Shown: positions 28,807 to 37,905 of the stretch, piece after piece
Layout: every line of letters starts with the position of its first letter
Position numbering within the stretch: position 1 is the first letter of the stretch
Origin: Candidatus Krumholzibacteriota bacterium
GTDB lineage: Bacteria; Krumholzibacteriota; Krumholzibacteriia; JAJRXK01
Reading direction: 5' to 3'
Assembly: GCA_963727455.1 (NCBI GenBank)
Contig: CAVSGG010000005.1
Location: 1-64,000 of the forward strand
Length of the DNA stretch: 64,000 nucleotides
The notes under the pieces: generated by a model
Seen by the model: the letters and a program-made list of their open reading frames with translations, nothing else
Told to the model about the DNA's origin: nothing
The model's database searches: none
Position numbers and translations under genes: made by a program

Positions 28807-29952
28807 TTGACCGTGAAATTCGAGTTTAGCAGCGAGCAGGAGCTCATCCGCAAGACAGCGCGGGAATTCGCCGCGAACGAGATCGCGCCCTACGCGGCGG
28901 AGTGGGATCGTGAGAGCCGGTATCCGAAGGAAGTCGTGGCCAAGATGGCCGAACTGGGCTTCATGGGCATGTTCGTCCCCGAGGAGTGGGGGGGGGCCGG
29001 GCTGGATCACCTCAGCTACTGCCTCGCGGTGGAGGAGATTTCGCGCGCGGATGCCTCCTGCGGCGTGATCATGTCGGTGAACAACAGTCTCACCTCCTGG
29101 CCGCTAATGGCCTACGCAAGCGACGAGCAGAAGAAGCGCTGGCTGATCCCCATGGCGAAGGGCGAGACCCTGGGTGCCTACTGCCTGTCCGAGCCCGAAG
29201 CGGGGACCGATGCGGCGGCGCAGAGTACGGTGGCCGAGGCCGACGGCGACGGTTTCGTGTTGCGTGGAACCAAGAACTTCATCACCAATGGAGCGAGCGC
29301 CGATACTCTGATCGTCTTTGCCATGACCGACAAGGCGAAGGCCTACAAGGGCATCAGCGCCTTTGTCGTCGATGCAAAATCCGAGGGCGTCAAAGTGACG
29401 CATACCGAGCATAAGATGGGGATTCGTGCTAGCGAGACCGCACAGCTCGCGTTCGACGAGGTGAAGCTCGGCCCGGAGAATCTGCTGGGGAAGCCGGGGG
29501 AGGGATTCAAGATCGCCATGAGCACTCTGGATGGCGGCAGGATCGGGATCGCGGCGCAGGCAATCGGTATCGCGCAGGCTGCCCTCGACCACGCAATCAG
29601 CTACTCGAAAGAACGCGAACAGTTCGGACGTACTCTGTCCAAGTTTCAGGCGATCCAGTTCAAGCTTGCTGACATGGCAATGCGAATCGATGCGGCTCGT
29701 CTGCTCACCTTGCGCGCTGCCTACGTAAAGGACATGGGGAAGCCCCATCCCTCCGAGAGCGCGATGGCCAAGCTCATGGCTTCCACTGCCGCAGTTTACT
29801 GCGCCGAGGAAGCCGTACAGATCTTTGGCGGCAATGGCTACTCCAAAGACTATCCGGTGGAGAAGCTCATGCGTGACGCCAAGATCTGTGACATCTACGA
29901 GGGTACCAACGAGGTGCAACGGATGGTCATCGCGGCCAAGCTACTGGCCTGA
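28807..29952 (+). CDS. Acyl-CoA dehydrogenase (butyryl-CoA dehydrogenase-like)
   Basis: LSEPEAGTDA, KMGIRAS, LDGGRIGIAAQA, REQFG, IYEGTNEVQ. Confidence 0.95.
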   Translation: MTVKFEFSSEQELIRKTAREFAANEIAPYAAEWDRESRYPKEVVAKMAELGFMGMFVPEEWGGAGLDHLSYCLAVEEISRADASCGVIMSVNNSLTSWPLMAYASDEQKKRWLIPMAKGETLGAYCLSEPEAGTDAAAQSTVAEADGDGFVLRGTKNFITNGASADTLIVFAMTDKAKAYKGISAFVVDAKSEGVKVTHTEHKMGIRASETAQLAFDEVKLGPENLLGKPGEGFKIAMSTLDGGRIGIAAQAIGIAQAALDHAISYSKEREQFGRTLSKFQAIQFKLADMAMRIDAARLLTLRAAYVKDMGKPHPSESAMAKLMASTAAVYCAEEAVQIFGGNGYSKDYPVEKLMRDAKICDIYEGTNEVQRMVIAAKLLA

Positions 29953-30016
29953 ATTGGCCGCGGCTTAGTGCCGACGGGACTCAAGACCGCGGGGCGCTCA
30001 GGTTCAGGAGACCGGA

Positions 30017-31162
30017 ATGGACTTCTCTCTCAACGAGCAACAAGAACTCTTCGTCAAGGGGACCGCCGATTTTGCCCGCGGAGAGATTGCACCACTTTCG
30101 AAGCAGATGGATGAGGACGGGCTCATCGATCCCGGTTTGCTCGCAAAGCTCAAAGAACAGGGCTACTTCGGTCTGAGCTTTCCGGAGGAATACGGTGGCG
30201 TGGGCCTCGATACCCTCACCTACGGACTGGTGATCGCCCAGCTTGCGCAGGCGGACGCGGGTATTGCCATCATGGTCGGTGTTCACAACAGCGTGGGCAG
30301 CTATCCGGTCATGCACTTTGGCAGCGAGGAAATGAAGAAGCGAGTTCTTCCCTCGATGGCGCAAGGAAATCTGGGCGCGTTCTGCGTGACCGAACCCGGG
30401 GCGGGAAGCGATGCCGCTTCGATCAGCTGTCGCGCGGAACGCACCAAGAACGGTTATCGCCTGAGCGGAGAGAAAATCTGGGTCACCAACGGATACCACG
30501 CCCAGTTTTTCGTGATACTGGCGCGGCTCGACGGAATTCCCGGACACGAAGGCATCAGCGCCTTTCTGGTCGAACGAGACGCTCCGGGTTTGAGCATCGG
30601 AGCCAAGGAAAACAAGATGGGTCTGCGGAGCTCGGATGCGGTGGCGGTGGTCCTGGACGGAGTGGAGGTGAGCGGCGAAAACCTGATCGGCCGCGAGGGA
30701 CAGGGCTTCGAAATCGCCATGGTGAGTCTGGACGGAGGCCGTATCGGAGTGGCGTATCAATCCATCGGACTCGCCACTGCCGCACTGGAAGCAGCGCGCG
30801 TTTACGCGCAGGAGCGCGAGCAATTCGGGCGGTCCATCGCCAACTTCCAGGCCATTCAATGGATGTTGGCGGATATGGCCACCGAGCTCGAACAGTCCAG
30901 CCTTCTGGCGCACAAGGCCGCCAGCCTCAGGGATCGGGGCCTGCCCTTCACCCGGATCGCGGCCATGGCGAAGTACTCGGCGAGCGAGATGGTGAACCGG
31001 GTGGTGGATCGGGCGCTACAGATTCACGGCGGCTACGGTTACTCCAAGGACTATCCGGTGGAGAGGTACTATCGAGACGCCCGCGTTTTGCGCATCTACG
31101 AAGGCACCAGTGAGATCCAGAAGATCGTGATCGCGCGCAAGGTGCTGGGTGGCACGGACTGA
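30017..31162 (+). CDS. Acyl-CoA dehydrogenase
   Basis: [44 protein letters not shown]. Confidence 0.95.
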   Translation: MDFSLNEQQELFVKGTADFARGEIAPLSKQMDEDGLIDPGLLAKLKEQGYFGLSFPEEYGGVGLDTLTYGLVIAQLAQADAGIAIMVGVHNSVGSYPVMHFGSEEMKKRVLPSMAQGNLGAFCVTEPGAGSDAASISCRAERTKNGYRLSGEKIWVTNGYHAQFFVILARLDGIPGHEGISAFLVERDAPGLSIGAKENKMGLRSSDAVAVVLDGVEVSGENLIGREGQGFEIAMVSLDGGRIGVAYQSIGLATAALEAARVYAQEREQFGRSIANFQAIQWMLADMATELEQSSLLAHKAASLRDRGLPFTRIAAMAKYSASEMVNRVVDRALQIHGGYGYSKDYPVERYYRDARVLRIYEGTSEIQKIVIARKVLGGTD

Positions 31163-31232
31163 GAATGCCTTCCCCGGCGGACCGCCACGGCATCCATTAG
31201 ATTGTCTCCGTTCCTCCAACCGGGAGATTGGT

Positions 31233-32201
31233 GTGCCCTCCTCAAGCAACCAATTCGAAGTTCTGCTGGCAGCGCCTCGCGGCTTCTGCGCCGGAGTGGA
31301 GCGAGCCATCGAGATCGTCGATCTGGCCCTCGAGCTCATGGAGGGTCCGATCTACGTGCGGAAGGAAATCGTGCACAATCGGCACGTGGTCGAGCGCTTC
31401 GTGCGACAGGGAGTCATTTTCGTGGAGGAGCTCGACGAGGTTCCCTCGGGCAGCACTTGCATCTTCAGCGCGCACGGCGTCTCGCCGCGGGTCTGGGAAA
31501 TGGGCCTGGAGAGAAACCTCAGGATCATCGACGCCACCTGTCCATTGGTAACCAAGGTGCACATGGAGGTGCTGCGGCACGTCAAAGCCGGAGACACCGT
31601 GATCCTCGTGGGACATGAGGGGCACGACGAAGTACTGGGGACGATGGGACAGGCCCCCGGCAGGGTAGAGCTCGTTCAGAACGTACAGGACGTCGCACGA
31701 CTCGAGGTGGAAAACCCCGATCGTCTGGCCTACGTGACTCAGACCACGCTCTCGGTCGACGAAACGCAGGGCATCATCGATGCCCTCAAGGTGCGATTTC
31801 CCCGGATCCAGGGACCCAAGAAGAACGACATCTGCTACGCCACGCAAAATCGACAGGAAGCGGTCAAGAATCTCCTCTCGGTGGAGAAGATCGAACTTCT
31901 ACTCGTGGTGGGTAGCGCAAATTCCTCCAACAGTCGTCGTCTGGTGGAGGTCGCGCGCAGCGCGGGAGCGCAGGGACAGCTCATCGACGATGCTGCAGAG
32001 ATTCAGAGCTCATGGTTGTCTGATATCCAACGAGTTGGCCTCACCGCCGGAGCGAGCGCTCCGGAAAATCTGGTGGAAGAAGTGCTGGACCGGCTGCGCG
32101 AGCTGGGTGGCATGGTTCGCGAGAAAGAGGTCATCGAGGAGACGGTGACCTTCCCGATCCCCCCGGAATTGGCGCGGCCAGGCCTAAAGGACGCTCGCTG
32201 A
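31233..32201 (+). CDS. ispH: 4-hydroxy-3-methylbut-2-enyl diphosphate reductase
   Basis: PRGFCAGV, IVHN, SAHG, DATCPLV, GHEGHDEV, TQTT, ICYATQNRQ, NSSNS, TAGASAP; GTG at 31233 with SD GGGAG. Confidence 0.96.
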   Translation: MPSSSNQFEVLLAAPRGFCAGVERAIEIVDLALELMEGPIYVRKEIVHNRHVVERFVRQGVIFVEELDEVPSGSTCIFSAHGVSPRVWEMGLERNLRIIDATCPLVTKVHMEVLRHVKAGDTVILVGHEGHDEVLGTMGQAPGRVELVQNVQDVARLEVENPDRLAYVTQTTLSVDETQGIIDALKVRFPRIQGPKKNDICYATQNRQEAVKNLLSVEKIELLLVVGSANSSNSRRLVEVARSAGAQGQLIDDAAEIQSSWLSDIQRVGLTAGASAPENLVEEVLDRLRELGGMVREKEVIEETVTFPIPPELARPGLKDAR

Positions 32202-32270
32202 TCCACCATTCGCTCAGTTACTGTCTTCCGCAGAAATTCTCTCTTGCAGTCGAAATTCTCCGCTCAAAGC

Positions 32271-32296
32271 TGGAACCAGCCGGAGCCGAGCGCGTA
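32271..32296 (+). promoter_or_regulatory. Putative ECF sigma promoter (TGGAAC-N16-CGTA)
   Basis: One mismatch to the SigW-like TGAAAC-N16-CGTA consensus; upstream of the ABC operon. Confidence 0.35.
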
Positions 32297-32339
32297 TAGA
32301 ACCCCTCGTGGAAGGCGCTCTCGCCAGCGCTCTGCTCGG

Positions 32340-32368
32340 TGGACGCTTCGCGGACCATCTCCTATACT
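32340..32368 (+). promoter_or_regulatory. Putative sigma-70 promoter (TGGACG-N17-TATACT)
   Basis: Good -10, 17-nt spacer, about 115 nt upstream of ATG 32486. Confidence 0.55.
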
Positions 32369-32485
32369 GCCCGATCGGACACGGGAGAAGCTGCGCCCTT
32401 GCGGGACCGTGGACCTTCCCAACGCCGCACACGCGACACGACATTCATATCAGCATTGGTGCGATCATCTGGAGGTACCTAGACG

Positions 32486-33451
32486 ATGATCCAGGTAAAG
32501 GACGTGACCAAGGTCTATGGCCCCACCATGGCTTTGGACCATGTCTCGTTCGAGGTAGGAAAGCGACAGATTTTGGGCTTCCTCGGGCCCAATGGTGCAG
32601 GCAAGAGCACCGCCATGAAGATCATCACGAGCTACATCGCCCCCACCGAAGGAACGGTCACGGTGGGCGGCATCGACGTGGCGAAGGATCCGATCTCCGT
32701 TCGACGGCTGATCGGCTATCTCCCGGAGACGACACCTCTCTATGAAGGCATGCAGGTGGATCGATACCTGCGCTTCTGTGCCCAGGCCCGTGGGCTTGCC
32801 GCCGCGCGACTGAATTCCCGGATCGACTGGGTGGTCCAGCAGTGTGGTCTGGAGGAGGTGTTCAAGAAGGACATCAACCAGCTCTCCAAGGGCTTCAAAC
32901 AACGCACCGGACTCGCGCAGGCGCTCATTCACGATCCGGAAATCCTGATTTTGGATGAGCCGACCACCGGGCTCGACCCGCTCCAGATCATTCAGATCCG
33001 CAAGCTCATCCAGGAGTTGGCCCACGAGAAGACGGTGATCTTCTCCACCCACATTTTGCAGGAAGTCTCTTCGACGACGGACCGGGTCATCATCATCAAC
33101 AACGGCCGCATCATCGCCGACGGCTACTTGAACGAGCTGCAGTCGAATGCGAGAGGTGGAGCTCAGCTGCGTGTCGCACTGGTGGCAGGAAGAGAAGAGG
33201 TCGAGAGCGGTCTCTCAGCTCTTCAATCGGTGGCACAGGTCAACGTGGTTTCTGAAGCGGAGGGAGTGGTCACCACGCGAGTGAACGGCGCCGATGGAGT
33301 GAATCTCAGGCGCGAGGTCGGGCAACTGGCCGCCGCCAAGAGCTGGCCGGTCATGGAGATGGGTGTTCCCGAAGTCAGTCTGGAGGACGCCTTCATCGAG
33401 TATATACGACGCAGTAACGAGCAACACGGCAGGGAGGCGCGACATGTCTAA
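32486..33451 (+). CDS. ABC transporter ATP-binding protein (GldA-like)
   Basis: GPNGAGKST, LSKGFKQR, ILDEPT, STH. Confidence 0.93.
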   Translation: MIQVKDVTKVYGPTMALDHVSFEVGKRQILGFLGPNGAGKSTAMKIITSYIAPTEGTVTVGGIDVAKDPISVRRLIGYLPETTPLYEGMQVDRYLRFCAQARGLAAARLNSRIDWVVQQCGLEEVFKKDINQLSKGFKQRTGLAQALIHDPEILILDEPTTGLDPLQIIQIRKLIQELAHEKTVIFSTHILQEVSSTTDRVIIINNGRIIADGYLNELQSNARGGAQLRVALVAGREEVESGLSALQSVAQVNVVSEAEGVVTTRVNGADGVNLRREVGQLAAAKSWPVMEMGVPEVSLEDAFIEYIRRSNEQHGREARHV

Positions 33452-34169
33452 CGTCGGCGTGATCTTTCGCCGGGAGTTTCGCGGGTATTTCGATTCCACC
33501 ATCGCGTACATCTTCGTCATCGTGTACTTGCTGTTGAACGCGGGCTTTTTCATGAGCGGGTTCTTTCTCTCCGGTGAGGCGAGCCTGCGTGCGTTCTTCG
33601 AGAACCTACCCCTCTTCAACATCTTCTTTTTGCCCGCGATCACCATGGGTCTGTGGGCCAACGAACAACAAGCCGGCACTTTCGAACTCTTGATGACGCT
33701 TCCCATGAAGTCGTGGCAAGTGGTGACTGGCAAATATCTGGCCTCTCTCGCGTTCTACACCGTCGCGCTCGTGTGCACCTTCACGCTTCCTTTGATGGTG
33801 ACGAGCCTGGGCAACGCCGATCCCGGCGCGATCTTCACCGGTTACGTGGGAGCCTTCCTGCTCGGCGCATTCTATTTGGCCCTGGGCATTTTCATAAGTG
33901 GTCTCTTCAAGGAGCAGATTGCCGCGTTCATCGTCACGTGTCTCGTCTGTCTGTTCTTCCTGCTTCTGGGGAACGACTTCGTGGTGGCGGGAATCGACGG
34001 CTGGATCGCCGGCTTCGGTAGCTTCCTCAGAGACCATGTCGCATTCTCCAGTCACTGGAATACGCTCCAGCGCGGCGTCATCGATTTCAGCTCGATTCTC
34101 TACTTCATCACGATGCCCGCCCTCTTCTTGGGGTTGAATGCCATCTCACTGGAGAGGAGGCGGTACTGA
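33444..34169 (+). CDS. ABC-2 type permease (GldF-like)
   Basis: RREFRGYF, PAITMGLWANE..GTFELLMTLP, GKYLAS, RGVID; six TM helices. Confidence 0.9.
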   Translation: MSNVGVIFRREFRGYFDSTIAYIFVIVYLLLNAGFFMSGFFLSGEASLRAFFENLPLFNIFFLPAITMGLWANEQQAGTFELLMTLPMKSWQVVTGKYLASLAFYTVALVCTFTLPLMVTSLGNADPGAIFTGYVGAFLLGAFYLALGIFISGLFKEQIAAFIVTCLVCLFFLLLGNDFVVAGIDGWIAGFGSFLRDHVAFSSHWNTLQRGVIDFSSILYFITMPALFLGLNAISLERRRY

Positions 34170-35893
34170 TGGCGACACGTAAGACCAGCTTCACCGTCAC
34201 CTTCACGATCGCGGCGGTTGTGCTCTTTGCCATCGTGGTGTTCTTCAATGCCATCGTGGGGAGCCATAGCAAGGCGCGGATCGATCTCACGCAGGACAAG
34301 ATCTATACCATGAGCCCCGCCGCGAAGCGGATCATGTCGAAGCTCAAAGTGCCGGTTCACGTGAAGCTCTACATCACGCAGGCTTCGGACATGCCGACCG
34401 GTCTGAAAAGCCTCGAGCGCGACATCACGGACAAGTTGGAGGAGTACAAGGCCGCCTCCGGAGGCAAGCTCACCTACTCCGTTTCCGATCCGTCCCAGAA
34501 CGAGGACCTTGCGCAGAAGATCCAGGCCAAGGGAATCCGGCCGTTTCAGGTGCAGAGCATCGAACGGGACGAGATCGGGCTGAAGTTGGTGTATTCGGCC
34601 ATCGAGATGAGCTACAAGGACAAGGACCCGGAGATCATTCCCCAGGTCGCGCCCAAGACGCTCGATATCCTGGAATACGAAATCTGCCGCCGCATCATCA
34701 AGCTGACGCGCGACAAGGCACCGGTTCTGGCCATCTATTCGAGCAAGGAGAGCTTGGACCCCCAGATGGTGCAGCTCTACATGCAGATGGGGCAGCAGCC
34801 GCCCGCCCCGCGTGACCTGTATTCGAAGATGCCGCAGATTTTCCAGGGGCAGGGTTACGAAGCGCGCAAAGTCGATATCAGCCAGGAGTCGCCCATTCCC
34901 GATGATACGACCACCCTTCTCATCCTCTCGCCCAAGAACCTCAGTGATCGTCAGCGCTACGAGATTGCGAAGTTCTTGCATCGTGGCGGACAGGTTTTCT
35001 GCGCGGTCCAGAACCACGAGTACGATTACAACCCGGGCCGGAGGGGCGGATTCGACATCTCGGCTCGACCCGTCACTACCGGATTGGATCCGCTGCTTCA
35101 GGACTTCGGAGTTCGCGTGTCCAAGGGCGTGTTCATGGACGAGAACCTGGAAACGCTCTCGATCCCGCGTACGCAGAACCTGGGGGGGATGCGGGTTCAG
35201 GTTGCCGAACCGGTTCAGGCCCCCATTCAGATCCGAGTGAGTGGTGATCAATTCAACCAGGATCTTTCGGTTTCCAGCCGTTTGGGCAAGCTCCTCTATC
35301 TGTGGGGCGCCCGCTTGGTTGTGGATGACTCCAAGTTGAATTCGTTGAAATTGAGCCACGACACGCTCTTCACCTCCTCGGACAAGGCCTGGGAGGTGGA
35401 CAACGACGGTGGGCCGCTCACTCAACGCGACTTCACCTTCGATCCGGCAAACGCGCATCCGCGCGCTCCTCTGGCCGTCATGGTCCACGGAGAGTTCCCT
35501 AACCCCTACGAGGGCCAGCCGATCCCCAGCTGGGGCCCCAGCGACTCCACCACCACGGGCAATGCGGTGAGCGAGAAGGGAAAGCCGGGGACGCTGATCC
35601 TGGTAGGCTGCGGCAAGATGTTCGAGGACAGCTATCTGCAGGCGGGTGACTACAACAACGGACTCCTCATTCTGAACGGAATCGACGTCCTGACTCTGGG
35701 TGAGGACCTCATCCAGGTGAGGGCGAAGACGAACGAGCAGAGGCTCATCGGTGAAGTTTCCCAGCAGGGAAAGCTGTTCTGGAGAACCTTTACCACGGCA
35801 CTGATTCCGCTCCTCGTCGCTCTCTACGGTATTGCGCGAACGGTGCGGCGGCGCCGGGCGCAAGCGGCATGGCTCCACACGCATACGAGCTGA
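34169..35893 (+). CDS. GldG-family ABC auxiliary protein
   Basis: N-terminal TM, RIDLTQDKIYTMS, LEYEI, IPDD..LLILSPK, C-terminal TM. Confidence 0.88.
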   Translation: MATRKTSFTVTFTIAAVVLFAIVVFFNAIVGSHSKARIDLTQDKIYTMSPAAKRIMSKLKVPVHVKLYITQASDMPTGLKSLERDITDKLEEYKAASGGKLTYSVSDPSQNEDLAQKIQAKGIRPFQVQSIERDEIGLKLVYSAIEMSYKDKDPEIIPQVAPKTLDILEYEICRRIIKLTRDKAPVLAIYSSKESLDPQMVQLYMQMGQQPPAPRDLYSKMPQIFQGQGYEARKVDISQESPIPDDTTTLLILSPKNLSDRQRYEIAKFLHRGGQVFCAVQNHEYDYNPGRRGGFDISARPVTTGLDPLLQDFGVRVSKGVFMDENLETLSIPRTQNLGGMRVQVAEPVQAPIQIRVSGDQFNQDLSVSSRLGKLLYLWGARLVVDDSKLNSLKLSHDTLFTSSDKAWEVDNDGGPLTQRDFTFDPANAHPRAPLAVMVHGEFPNPYEGQPIPSWGPSDSTTTGNAVSEKGKPGTLILVGCGKMFEDSYLQAGDYNNGLLILNGIDVLTLGEDLIQVRAKTNEQRLIGEVSQQGKLFWRTFTTALIPLLVALYGIARTVRRRRAQAAWLHTHTS

Positions 35894-35914
35894 GCAGGGA
35901 GGATATCGACCGAC

Positions 35915-36928
35915 ATGAACAATCGGACACTAGGTGTTCTACTGGTAATTCTCATTCTGTTCGCGGGCGGATATTGGTACAGCAAGAGCCAGCGCCGGGA
36001 TTTGGATCAGACCGGCGGCTACGTGGATTTGGTGCAAGGGCCTCTGTCCACCGACTCCGTGTACGGGCTCGCGGTTTATCGCGGCTCGGATCCGGACAAG
36101 GGATTCACCCTGGTTCGCCGCGGCAACGATTGGATCATGAACTCCCACTATGATGCCAAGGCCAACGTCAATCGCCTGCGTACGCTTCTGACCAATCTGG
36201 AGAATCTCGACGGCGAGCCGCGCTCCAACGACCCCTCCGTGCTCGCCGACTACGATCTCGACGACTCCAACGCCGTGCATCTGGTGCTCAAGGACGAGAG
36301 TGGGGGCGAGATTCTGCATCTTCTCTTGGGTAAGGCAGCTACCGGAGGCGCGTTCGTGCGCAAAAACGGCAGTAACCAGGTCCTACTGGCCAGCCGCAAT
36401 CTACTGAGTGATTTCGGCATTTGGGGCGAGGACAACCGGGATCCGGTACCGACCACCTGGCTCGACCTGGACGTCTACAAGCCGGATCGGGATAGCGTTA
36501 CTTCCATCAGCCTCAAGAAGGGGAAGTCCCTGATTTCCCTGAAGAAGGTGTACCAGGAACCGGCGAAAGGCGACACCGCTAAGGTGAAGAAGCCGCTCCC
36601 CTACGAGTGGGAAGTCACCCAGCCGAAGCACTTCACTGCCCTCAAGACGCGGGCGGACGGTGTTCTCACCACACTGTCCAACATGCGCGCGCGCGACGTG
36701 GCGCCCAAACCGGACACGCCCGCGGAGTATGGTCTTTCGGACGATGCGGATTGGGCCGAGGTGACGGTGAACGACAGCGCCACCACGCGGCTTCTCTTTG
36801 GCAAAGAAGGTCCCGATGGACAGTTCTATATGAAGCTGAAGGGTGACGACCGCTATTGGTTGGTTTCTGACTACGTGCGTGGGAACGTGTTCAAGAGCCT
36901 CAAGGAATTCGAGCCCGACAAAAACTGA
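35915..36928 (+). CDS. DUF4340-domain membrane-anchored protein
   Basis: N-terminal anchor; duplicated module (LADYDLD...LLLGK and AEYGLS...LLFGK); typical fourth gene after gldAFG-like genes. Confidence 0.8.
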   Translation: MNNRTLGVLLVILILFAGGYWYSKSQRRDLDQTGGYVDLVQGPLSTDSVYGLAVYRGSDPDKGFTLVRRGNDWIMNSHYDAKANVNRLRTLLTNLENLDGEPRSNDPSVLADYDLDDSNAVHLVLKDESGGEILHLLLGKAATGGAFVRKNGSNQVLLASRNLLSDFGIWGEDNRDPVPTTWLDLDVYKPDRDSVTSISLKKGKSLISLKKVYQEPAKGDTAKVKKPLPYEWEVTQPKHFTALKTRADGVLTTLSNMRARDVAPKPDTPAEYGLSDDADWAEVTVNDSATTRLLFGKEGPDGQFYMKLKGDDRYWLVSDYVRGNVFKSLKEFEPDKN

Positions 36929-36935
36929 GATTGCC

Positions 36936-37742
36936 TCAAAGCGCTCCTTCAGGGCGCGCAATGAGATGCCACTCCGCGCCGTCTTCATCCAAGAGGACGG
37001 CGCCTTGCTGAAGGCTCTTGTCCACCACGGCCAGCGCGATCCTGAGCGGTGGGTCTACCTGAAGGGCCGTTCGCACCAGTTGACCGCGAACCCGCTGTTC
37101 CTCGCGCAGCTCTCCCTGAAAACGCGCAGCGGGTTCAGCACTGAGCACGGCGGGAGTACGCCGGACCTTGTCGTAGTTCTTCAGCCGCGCCACGACCTCC
37201 TGTCCGACGTAGCAGCCCTTGTCCCAGGCCACCACCCGTTCCAGGCCGACTTCCAAGGGGTGAAAGCGCTCGTCGAGGTCGATGCCGGGCCGGAAGCGGC
37301 CATGCCGAATGGCCTCCAGCTCCGACTGCTCTTCCTGTCGGGCACCGAGGGCGGCCTCGAGGAACTCGTGGACGAGGTCGCCCCCCCTAAAGAGGGGCGG
37401 AGATAGGGCGTCTTGGCCCGCTGCGAGTTCGACATCCTCGGTGATGATGAAGGACTCGATCCACTTCCGCAGCAGCTCCCCATGACCTTCGCCGGCCAGA
37501 AGCAGTACCTCGTTCTCGTGCTCGCTGGCCCGCGCGAGATCGACGATGCGTCCCTTGGCATTGGTGAAGAGGGCCCAGAAGACCTCGCCTTCGCTGCGAT
37601 TGCGGAACTCGGAGGCGGAAATACGCTGCAGCAGATCGACGGAATCGACCCCTCGTAGACGTAGAAGACGTTCCGGTCCCAAATCCTTCAGAGCCTGGAA
37701 TCGGTCGCTGCGGTCGGAGGAAGACGAGACGGGCTGTTTCAT
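36936..37742 (-). CDS. ygfZ: YgfZ/GcvT-like folate-binding Fe-S maturation protein
   Basis: KGCYVGQEVVAR signature; G.DSVDLLQRI; TNAKGRIVD. Confidence 0.85.
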   Translation of the reverse strand: MKQPVSSSSDRSDRFQALKDLGPERLLRLRGVDSVDLLQRISASEFRNRSEGEVFWALFTNAKGRIVDLARASEHENEVLLLAGEGHGELLRKWIESFIITEDVELAAGQDALSPPLFRGGDLVHEFLEAALGARQEEQSELEAIRHGRFRPGIDLDERFHPLEVGLERVVAWDKGCYVGQEVVARLKNYDKVRRTPAVLSAEPAARFQGELREEQRVRGQLVRTALQVDPPLRIALAVVDKSLQQGAVLLDEDGAEWHLIARPEGAL

Positions 37743-37905
37743 GAGCTACATCATTAGAACGGTGCCCCGCCTTCTGCCAGCTTTGAAGCCGAGGATGCGC
37801 GAAGGTACAGCCCAAAAAGTCACTCGAGCATGCGAGGCGATCGCCTTGCCGCGGGGGGAGACCACCGTATCTTGATGCACAGCACTCGGATCCAAGGAAC
37901 TGCTC

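Noticed and set aside
28988-28996. G9 homopolymer in the second ACAD as a phase-variation tract
   Set aside because: In frame and encodes the conserved WGG of PEEWGGAG, also present in the paralogue
25635-29010. Near-identical DNA stretches (ccccgaggagtgggg...ctggat) as a repeat family
   Set aside because: Explained by paralogous ACAD coding motifs; the same applies to the thiolase GGAIALGHP repeats
32370-32486. Possible riboswitch or ncRNA in the leader (also checked 25270-25486 and 59520-59600)
   Set aside because: No recognisable cobalamin, TPP, SAM or c-di-GMP consensus by eye; an Infernal/Rfam scan would be needed
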